A DNA stretch of 64,000 bases from positions 804-64,803 of the forward strand of contig CAZUCA010000009.1 in assembly GCA_964619125.1 (NCBI GenBank). Direction: 5' to 3'. Below are positions 57,593 through 64,000 of this stretch, piece by piece. Source of the DNA: an uncultured Owenweeksia sp. Its GTDB lineage: Bacteria; Bacteroidota; Bacteroidia; Flavobacteriales; Schleiferiaceae. A model generated the notes under the pieces. It did no database searches, had not been told where the DNA came from, and saw only the letters and a program-made list of their open reading frames with translations. The position numbers and the translations under genes are program-made. Numbering within the stretch: position 1 is the stretch's first letter; each line of letters starts with the position of its first letter.

Positions 57593-58954
57593 ATGAGAAT
57601 ACTTAATGTACTTAATTGGAAGCGAGCCATTGTTTTAATGGCTCCTTTCATTTTTATGGCTTGCGAAAAGCCCAACGAAGGCCTGGGCTTCGAACAGGTT
57701 ATCGGCGGTTCCGCCGAGGTGGGTAAGCTCGAGTTTCCGGTGCGCACCTATACGGTTCCGGTGGATAGCCAGGTGGTGGCGCTGAGCTACAATGATCAGT
57801 TTGCCCTCCAGGTGCGCTACAGTGGTATCAGGATGGTAGGCTCTTATATCGATCCCTATTTCGGTAAGGCCGAGTCGGCGATTGTTGGTGAAATTGTGCC
57901 TGAGGACCTGGATGTAAACTTTGGCGAAAACCCCAAGGTGGACTCGGTACGCCTGTACTTCCGCTACCGGGGTGCCTATGGCGATACCAGCAAGCCTATG
58001 AGCATTGCCGTACATCAATTGGCCGAGCAGCTCAGCCGCGATACCATTTTTTACAGCAGCTTCCGCCCCGCCCTTGGTGACAAGATTGGTGGTAAGGAGA
58101 ATTTTATCCCCAGGCCCAATAGCCTGGTGACCATAAACGGACTGCTCACCAATCCTACCCTAAGCATTCCCATTGACACTACATTTATTAAGAATACCCT
58201 GGTGGATAAAGGTGACGGCACTTTTGATGCCTTTAGCAGCACCATTAAATTCCTGGAGTACTTCAAAGGGCTTTACGTGAGTGCCACTAGTGAAGATGGC
58301 TCCATCCTCTACCTCGATCCTGCCAACAGTAACTCCAGGATGGTGATCTACTACCAAAATGAGGAGCAGGACAGCCTGGTTTATTCCTATACTTTCAACC
58401 AGGAACGTACCGAGGTGCCGATGGTGTTTTCGGTATTTGGGCATGACTACAGCGGCGCTGCTTTTGACGCGGCCAATCCCGATAGTATAAATGGTGAAGA
58501 ACGAATTTACATCCAGGCGATGGGTGGACCGGCCGGTATCCTCGAAATTCCCGGTCTCGATACTCTCGCCAACTCTGGTATGCTGGTTAATGAGGCCTAT
58601 TTGAAAATTCACCGGAGCACCGGTGTGGCCAGCGGTCTGCCCATGCCGTCGAGGCTGGAGGTGCGCGAATACGTAAATGGCCTGCCCAGTGCTTACATCC
58701 CCGATTTTCAGCCCAACTCCAATGGAACGATATTTGGCGATGGCGCCTATGTCTCCGAGGAGCTGCGGCAGGGAAATTATCGTTTTGAACTGACCCGCTA
58801 TGTGTTTGACGTGCTAAATGGTGCCGAGCCAAAAAGCCTGGCGGTTATCCCCGTGATACGTACCACCACTGCACGGCGAGTAATTCTGGAGGGTGGCTTA
58901 AGTGACAGCCATCCGGTAACATTAACCTTATATTATACCAAATCTGAAGACTAG
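57593..58954 (+). CDS. DUF4270 family lipoprotein
   Basis: Lipobox FMAC; G...DPYFG, VDSVRL, YFKGLY, YIQAMGG, terminal LTLYYT; sits between the glgA-like gene and glmS. Confidence 0.8.
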   Translation: MRILNVLNWKRAIVLMAPFIFMACEKPNEGLGFEQVIGGSAEVGKLEFPVRTYTVPVDSQVVALSYNDQFALQVRYSGIRMVGSYIDPYFGKAESAIVGEIVPEDLDVNFGENPKVDSVRLYFRYRGAYGDTSKPMSIAVHQLAEQLSRDTIFYSSFRPALGDKIGGKENFIPRPNSLVTINGLLTNPTLSIPIDTTFIKNTLVDKGDGTFDAFSSTIKFLEYFKGLYVSATSEDGSILYLDPANSNSRMVIYYQNEEQDSLVYSYTFNQERTEVPMVFSVFGHDYSGAAFDAANPDSINGEERIYIQAMGGPAGILEIPGLDTLANSGMLVNEAYLKIHRSTGVASGLPMPSRLEVREYVNGLPSAYIPDFQPNSNGTIFGDGAYVSEELRQGNYRFELTRYVFDVLNGAEPKSLAVIPVIRTTTARRVILEGGLSDSHPVTLTLYYTKSED

Positions 58955-58957
58955 ACT

Positions 58958-60802
58958 ATGTGTGGAATTGTTGGTTATATCGGTGAGCGCAATGCCGTGC
59001 CCATCATCCTAAATGGACTGAAACGCCTGGAATACCGTGGCTACGATAGCGCCGGTATAGTGGTAAACGATAAAAACGAACTCCAGCTGGTTAAGTGCAA
59101 GGGCAAGGTAGCAGATCTTGAAGACCGCATTAACGGTTCCCTGGCCGCCGCCGGACTGGGTATCGGGCACACGCGCTGGGCTACTCACGGGGTGCCTAAT
59201 GACGTAAATGCCCACCCGCATTACAGTAATTCGGGAAACCTGGTGATTATTCACAACGGTATTATCGAAAACTACTCCGCTATTAAGGAAGCGCTTAAAA
59301 AACGCGGCTATAGCTTCACCAGTGACACTGATACCGAAGTGTTGGTTAACCTCTTTGAGGACGTTCAGAAGGAAGAAAAGTGCTCACTTTTTGAAGCCAT
59401 CCGCATTGCCCTTAACCAGGTGGTGGGTGCCTATGCCATTGCGGTGCTCGACAAGCGTGATACCGACAGTGTGGTAGTGGCCAAAAAAGGTAGTCCCTTG
59501 GTAGTGGGTATCGGTGATGACGAAACTTTTATTGCCAGCGATGCTACCCCTTTTATCGAGTACACTAAAAAGGTGATTTACCTCGAGGACGATGAAATGG
59601 CGCTGATTGAGCGCAACGGCAATATCGATGTGCGCAGCATTACCCACAACGAAAGTGTGGATCCTTATATCCATCAGTTGCAGATGGATCTGGAAGCCAT
59701 CGAAAAAGGGGGCTATGAGCATTTTATGCTCAAGGAAATTTTTGAGCAGCCCAAGTCCATTCGCGACACCCTGCGCGGTCGTCTATTGGCCGAGGAAGGA
59801 GTGATCCGTATGGCCGGTATTGAAGAATACCGCGAAAAATTTATCAATGCCAATAGAATCATCATTATTGGCTGTGGTACCTCATGGCACGCCGGTTTGG
59901 TGGCCGAGTACCTTTTTGAGGACCTCGCCCGCATTCCGGTGGAGGTGGAATACGCTTCGGAATTCCGCTACCGCAATCCGGTAATCAGTGAGAAGGACGT
60001 GGTAATAGCCATTTCACAGTCAGGTGAAACCGCTGACACCCTGGCGGCGATAAAGCTGGCCAAGGAGAAGGGCGCTACCATTTTTGGTATTTGTAATGTG
60101 GTGGGGTCATCCATTGCCCGCGAAACCCACGCCGGTGCTTATACTCATGCCGGACCTGAAATAGGGGTGGCCTCTACCAAGGCTTTTACTGCCCAGGTAG
60201 CGGTATTGTCACTTATTGCCATTTACCTGGCTAAGGAAAAGGCACTGATAGGACAAACCCGCTTCCGTCAGTTGCTAACCGAGCTCGATGCTATCCCCGG
60301 CAAGATTGAGCACATGCTTGAGACCGACGCGCAGACCAAATATATTTCATCCCTGTACAAGGATGCCAGTAACTTCCTTTACCTGGGGAGAGGCTATAAC
60401 TTTCCGGTAGCGCTGGAAGGGGCTCTTAAGCTTAAGGAGATCAGCTATATCCACGCTGAAGGTTATCCTGCGGCCGAAATGAAGCACGGACCGATTGCCC
60501 TGATCGACGAGAATATGCCGATAGTGGTGATTGCTCCTAAAAATGGACAATACGAAAAGATCGTAAGTAACATCCAGGAGGTGAAAGCCCGCAATGGTAA
60601 GGTGATCGCAGTGGTAAACCACGGTGATACCGAAATCGCGGCAATGGCCGATCACGTGATTGAATCAGAAGATACCCTGGAAGTGTTTAATCCGCTGGTC
60701 ACCACTATCCCGCTGCAGCTGCTGAGCTACCATATTGCGGTACTGCGTGGCTGTAATGTGGATCAGCCCCGTAACCTGGCCAAGTCGGTTACGGTAGAAT
60801 AG
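58958..60802 (+). CDS. glmS: Glutamine--fructose-6-phosphate transaminase
   Basis: MCGIVG, YRGYDSAG, GHTRWATHG, SQSGET, VASTKA, NVDQPRNLAKSVTVE. Confidence 0.98.
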   Translation: MCGIVGYIGERNAVPIILNGLKRLEYRGYDSAGIVVNDKNELQLVKCKGKVADLEDRINGSLAAAGLGIGHTRWATHGVPNDVNAHPHYSNSGNLVIIHNGIIENYSAIKEALKKRGYSFTSDTDTEVLVNLFEDVQKEEKCSLFEAIRIALNQVVGAYAIAVLDKRDTDSVVVAKKGSPLVVGIGDDETFIASDATPFIEYTKKVIYLEDDEMALIERNGNIDVRSITHNESVDPYIHQLQMDLEAIEKGGYEHFMLKEIFEQPKSIRDTLRGRLLAEEGVIRMAGIEEYREKFINANRIIIIGCGTSWHAGLVAEYLFEDLARIPVEVEYASEFRYRNPVISEKDVVIAISQSGETADTLAAIKLAKEKGATIFGICNVVGSSIARETHAGAYTHAGPEIGVASTKAFTAQVAVLSLIAIYLAKEKALIGQTRFRQLLTELDAIPGKIEHMLETDAQTKYISSLYKDASNFLYLGRGYNFPVALEGALKLKEISYIHAEGYPAAEMKHGPIALIDENMPIVVIAPKNGQYEKIVSNIQEVKARNGKVIAVVNHGDTEIAAMADHVIESEDTLEVFNPLVTTIPLQLLSYHIAVLRGCNVDQPRNLAKSVTVE

Positions 60803-60825
60803 TAAGATTATTGAAAGCAATATAG

Positions 60826-60857
60826 AATCCTTCCCAATCGGGAGGGATTTTTTTTTT
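60826..60857 (+). terminator. Intrinsic terminator after glmS
   Basis: AATCCTTCCC/GGGAGGGATT stem followed by a long T run. Confidence 0.75.
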
Positions 60858-60893
60858 GTCATTAAGGGGGGAATGCAAGCCAGGTTGGATTGG

Positions 60894-61460
60894 CTACTTT
60901 TTGTTGTGCTGGTTCATGGCGATATCAGCACCGGCGAGGGCATAGGTTTTAATTGCCTCGGCGGCTTCCTCTATGCGCTGTTGCAGATCCTTTTCCTGTT
61001 CGGCTGACCATTCACCCAAAACGTAGTCAATCTGGCCACCACGGGGGTAGTCATTGCCGATGCCAAAGCGCAGACGGGCATAATCCTGCCGGCCCAGCAC
61101 CTGCTGGATACTCTTAAGGCCGTTGTGGCCGCCATCGCTGCCCTTTTTCTTAAGGCGGATAGCACCAAAGGGAAGGGCCACTTCATCGACCAGGACCAGT
61201 AAATTCTGTAAGGGTATTTTTTCCTGCTGCAGCCAGTAGTTGATCGCCTTGCCACTGAGATTCATATAGGTGGAGGGCTTGAGCAGGATCAGCTCTTTGT
61301 TTTTGAGCTTGAGATGGGCTATGTCGCCATAGCGCTGGCTACTAAAAGAAATACTGGACGCCCCGGCCAGGGCATCCAGTATCTTAAAACCAATATTATG
61401 GCGGGTATTAGCGTACTCCTCACCGATATTTCCCAATCCGGCTATGAGGTACTTCTTCAC
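60894..61460 (-). CDS. pth: Peptidyl-tRNA hydrolase
   Basis: [34 protein letters not shown]. Confidence 0.97.
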   Translation of the reverse strand: MKKYLIAGLGNIGEEYANTRHNIGFKILDALAGASSISFSSQRYGDIAHLKLKNKELILLKPSTYMNLSGKAINYWLQQEKIPLQNLLVLVDEVALPFGAIRLKKKGSDGGHNGLKSIQQVLGRQDYARLRFGIGNDYPRGGQIDYVLGEWSAEQEKDLQQRIEEAAEAIKTYALAGADIAMNQHNKK

Positions 61461-61471
61461 CCTAATATGAT

Positions 61472-62122
61472 TTAGGCTTCGGCAGCAGCCTCTTTAGACT
61501 CTTCGCCGCCTTCAGCTGAAGCTTCAGCACCTTCTTCGCCTTCTTCACCCTCTTCTTCATCCTCTTCATCAAGGACGGCGTTACGGGCAGTTTGAATAAG
61601 GCAGATGGTACGGGTGTCTTCGTGGTCGATCACATAACCGTCGGTTTTGATATCCTGAACGCGGATAGTCTGACCGATACGCAGGTTTTCGATGTTGATT
61701 TCGATGTGACCGGGAAGGTTTTCTTCAGTAGCCTTAACTCTGAGCTTGCGCAGGTTAACCTTAAGGCGACCACCGTTACGCACACCACGGGCGTTACCCA
61801 TCAGGATAACAGGCACCTGGATGGTGATGGTTTTGCCGGGTACCAGCTCAAGGAAGTCAACGTGCTCCACCTCGTCAGTTACGGGGTGATACTGCACGTC
61901 GCGGATTACCGCGTTATAGGTTTTGCCGTCAACGGCAATTTCCACCTTGTATACCTCCGGGGTGAACAACAGGGTTTTGAAACTCACTTCGTCAGTAGAG
62001 AAGTGGATAGTTTCTTCGCCTCCGTAAATCACGCAAGGTACCTTGTTCTCCCTGCGGAGCTGCTTAGCGCCTTTAGAGCCCAGTTCCGTTCTGGCAGCAC
62101 CTTCGATGGCTATGGTTTTCAT
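61472..62122 (-). CDS. rplY: 50S ribosomal protein L25/general stress protein Ctc
   Basis: [24 protein letters not shown]; acidic tail. Confidence 0.96.
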   Translation of the reverse strand: MKTIAIEGAARTELGSKGAKQLRRENKVPCVIYGGEETIHFSTDEVSFKTLLFTPEVYKVEIAVDGKTYNAVIRDVQYHPVTDEVEHVDFLELVPGKTITIQVPVILMGNARGVRNGGRLKVNLRKLRVKATEENLPGHIEINIENLRIGQTIRVQDIKTDGYVIDHEDTRTICLIQTARNAVLDEEDEEEGEEGEEGAEASAEGGEESKEAAAEA

Positions 62123-62137
62123 CTTTACTTGTTTTTA

Positions 62138-63070
62138 TTACTCTAAAAAGTGTGAACTTATGGATTCGTGATGATGAACTTTCTGCATTACATTGGCAAA
62201 AAGCTCAGCCACCGAAATCACTTTTACTTTATCCGGTAAGGAGTCATGGGGGATGGTGTCAGTAATCACCAGCTCCTTGAGCTTGGATTTCTGTACGCGC
62301 TCCATGGCTTTGCCAGAGAGCACCCCATGGGTACAGTAAGCGGTTACGCTTAGCGCTCCTTTCTCCATTAACATATCGGCCGCCTTGGTAAGGGTGCCGG
62401 CCGTGTCTATCATATCATCAATCAATACCACATTGCGACCTTCCACATTACCGATTACGGTCATCTTGTCGATCACATTGGCTTTTTTGCGCTGCTTGTA
62501 GCAAATCACCACTTCGCTTTCGAGCCACTTGGCGTAGTTGTTGGCTCTTTTAGAACCTCCCATATCCGGTGAAGCAATGGTCAGGTTGTCCAGACCAAGA
62601 TTCTTGATGTGGGGTACAAAGAGCGAGGAGGCAAACACGTGATCAACCGGTACCTCAAAGAAGCCCTGAATCTGATCGGCGTGCAGGTCCATCGTCATAA
62701 TACGGGTAGCACCGGCAGCAGTAAGGAGGTTAGCCACCATCTTGGCGCCTATCGGTACCCGGGGCTTGTCCTTGCGATCCTGGCGGGCCCAGCCGAAATA
62801 AGGCATAATCACCGTAATGTGCTTGGCCGAGGCACGCTTGGCAGCATCAATCATCAGCAGCAATTCCATCAGGTTTTCGGTAGGGGGCTGGGTGCTGCCC
62901 ACCAAAAACACGCGACCGCCGCGCACAGTCTCTTCAAAGGAAGGCTGAAACTCACCGTCACTGAAGGCGGTAATCTCAATATTGCCCAACGGCTGGCCAT
63001 AGGCTTCCGCCATGCGCTCCGCTAATTTCCTCGAACTGCGTACAGCAAAAATCTTTGCTTGTGGTACCAC
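62138..63070 (-). CDS. prs: Ribose-phosphate pyrophosphokinase
   Basis: FSDGE, PYFGWARQDRK, MDLHADQIQGFF, SPDMGG, IDDMIDTAGT. GTG start. Confidence 0.97.
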   Translation of the reverse strand: MVPQAKIFAVRSSRKLAERMAEAYGQPLGNIEITAFSDGEFQPSFEETVRGGRVFLVGSTQPPTENLMELLLMIDAAKRASAKHITVIMPYFGWARQDRKDKPRVPIGAKMVANLLTAAGATRIMTMDLHADQIQGFFEVPVDHVFASSLFVPHIKNLGLDNLTIASPDMGGSKRANNYAKWLESEVVICYKQRKKANVIDKMTVIGNVEGRNVVLIDDMIDTAGTLTKAADMLMEKGALSVTAYCTHGVLSGKAMERVQKSKLKELVITDTIPHDSLPDKVKVISVAELFANVMQKVHHHESISSHFLE

Positions 63071-63121
63071 TTCCTTAATACTTTGGTATTGATTAGTTTA
63101 AATGCCCTCAAAAAAGGGCTG

Positions 63122-63224
63122 CAAATGTAAATAATTATTCGGGAAGAAATAAAAATTATCCACAAGGCTTTTTGAAAAAGCTGTACACTTATTTTGATTT
63201 GTTCGCTGGCAATGACTAATTTTG
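63122..63224. promoter_or_regulatory. Divergent -7 elements for prs and tRNA-Leu
   Basis: TACATTTG (minus strand, 63122-63129); TAATTTTG (plus strand, 63217-63224) with TTTG 20 nt upstream. Confidence 0.55.
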
Positions 63225-63254
63225 CCGCCCGCAAACGCGAATTGAAGGAGCAAA

Positions 63255-63345
63255 GTTAAAGGTTTGAAGCGTTGCCGCCTATAAGGGGGCTAACTTTAAA
63301 ACCTTGAACCCTGTCTGCCGACAGGCAGGCTTACAACTTTCAACC
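63255..63345 (+). repeat. Heptamer-type arrays in the tRNA leader
   Basis: GTTAAAGGTTTGAAG (63255-63269) can pair with CTTTAAAACCTTGAAC (63294-63309); TTACAACTTTCAACC follows. Confidence 0.6.
63310..63329 (+). repeat. REP-like 20-bp palindrome CCTGTCTGCCGACAGGCAGG
   Basis: 8-bp stem with one G-U and a CCGA loop; resembles a dispersed Bacteroidota palindrome family I recall; single copy in this window. Confidence 0.65.
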
Positions 63346-63350
63346 ACCGC

Positions 63351-63432
63351 GCCCAGGTGGCGGAATTGGTAGACGCGTTGGTCTCAAACACCAATATCTT
63401 CGGATGTACCGGTTCGACTCCGGTCCTGGGCA
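63351..63432 (+). tRNA. trnL: tRNA-Leu (CAA)
   Basis: Acceptor GCCCAGG/CCTGGGC, D-loop GGAATTGGTAGAC, anticodon stem TTGGT/ACCAA with loop CTCAAAC, long variable arm, TTCGACT T-loop; discriminator A; CCA not encoded. Confidence 0.97.
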
Positions 63433-63435
63433 CTG

Positions 63436-63467
63436 AAAAACGCCCCGACTTTCGTCGGGGCGTTTTT
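63436..63467 (+). terminator. Terminator after tRNA-Leu
   Basis: AAAAACGCCCCGAC/GTCGGGGCGTTTTT perfect 14-bp stem. Confidence 0.8.
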
Positions 63468-63474
63468 GTTTTAA

Positions 63475-63511
63475 GGCTCTAAGGTTTTAAGGTTTTAAAG
63501 TTTCAAGGTTG
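63475..63511 (+). repeat. 8-mer tandem array GGCTCTAA-GGTTTTAA-GGTTTTAA-AGTTTCAA-GGTTG
   Basis: Read directly; 63491-63502 is the exact reverse complement of 63292-63303. Confidence 0.6.
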
Positions 63512-63601
63512 TACGGGGGCCTCTCAATCCCAATTTTGGCTGTTGGCTCGGGTTAATATCTGATAGGATCTCACTAGGTTTTTCAAAGAGTTGATTGGTA
63601 T

Positions 63602-63760
63602 GTTCATTTTGGCTTGACCCAAAACGAACCAAAAAGTCAAGAAGCTTTCAAGGAAATTTCCGGCTAATGCCGGAAACGCTGGAATTTATCGCTTCATGCG
63701 TTGCCCTCCCTTGCTCGGGCCGCAATGTCACTCAATTCTGCGCTATTTCTGTGAAAGCTT
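63602..63760 (-). ncRNA. Structured element with a terminal H-type pseudoknot (ncRNA or non-autonomous repeat)
   Basis: AAGCTTTCA/TGAAAGCTT closing stem, internal TTTCCGGC/GCCGGAAA hairpin, CTTGAC/GTCAAG stem crossed by GTTCGTTTTGG/CCAAAATGAAC. Confidence 0.55.
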
Positions 63761-63767
63761 CGGCCTA

Positions 63768-64000
63768 TTACTCAGATTCCTCAGCGGTAAGCCTCCCCGC
63801 CGTATTGGGTGTGCTCAGCAGCTCCTTAAACACGGCCCACCTTCTGTCCGGATTATCGGCAGTACCACCTTTGCTTTCCACATAATGCGCAACCAGGTCC
63901 TTACCCAGGTTGTAGTTGATCACGTAGCTACGATACTGCTCCATAAAGCGGGTGCGTTGCAGGGCACGGTCGGGGGCCATCAGGGCGTATTTCTCCAGCC
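63768..64000 (-). CDS. C-terminal part of a conserved hypothetical protein, 5' end outside the window
   Basis: Frame open to the window edge: ...WLEKYALMAPDRALQRTRFMEQYRSYVINYNLGKDLVAHYVES...; tandem TAA-TAG stops. Confidence 0.7.
   Translation of the reverse strand, partial: LEKYALMAPDRALQRTRFMEQYRSYVINYNLGKDLVAHYVESKGGTADNPDRRWAVFKELLSTPNTAGRLTAEESE

Noticed and set aside
58900-58960. glmS ribozyme
   Set aside because: glmS starts 3 nt after the DUF4270 stop; there is no leader.
63351-63600. Genomic-island or prophage attachment at tRNA-Leu
   Set aside because: No integrase next to the tRNA and no duplicated tRNA 3' end within the window.
63595-63885. 96-aa plus-strand ORF
   Set aside because: Translates the structured repeat element and overlaps the antisense of a real gene.

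Overview
A gene-dense 64 kb stretch of a Bacteroidota chromosome. Gene content and TAnnTTTG-type promoters point to Flavobacteriales; a Schleiferiaceae/Cryomorphaceae-like lineage is my inference. Most of it is housekeeping: B12-dependent ribonucleotide reductase, purF, kynurenine-pathway genes (nbaC, ACMSD), a full SUF Fe-S operon, thiL, sdhCAB, xth, radA, panCD, glmS, pth-rplY-prs and tRNA-Leu(CAA). It also carries the ATP-dependent ligase and Lhr-type helicase of the ligase-associated DNA repair system, and several outer-membrane or T9SS-related proteins. I found no transposase, integrase, prophage, rRNA or CRISPR array. The most unusual signals are non-coding or small. (1) A four-helix-bundle gene inserted between sufB and sufC is bounded by a 30-bp imperfect inverted repeat built from 7-bp units, and related ORF-less arrays sit between sufE and sufT and around tRNA-Leu. 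(2) A cluster of three promoter-to-terminator units of about 75-110 nt at 41.8-42.25 kb looks like sRNAs complementary to typical Bacteroidota translation-initiation regions. (3) A structured element ending in an H-type pseudoknot lies at 63.60-63.76 kb. (4) An OMP-LuxR-LuxR-OMP paralogous cassette lies at 15.7-18.8 kb. (5) A methyltransferase inserted in the suf operon has a perfect Shine-Dalgarno sequence. All family assignments are from motif recognition by eye; no database search was run.
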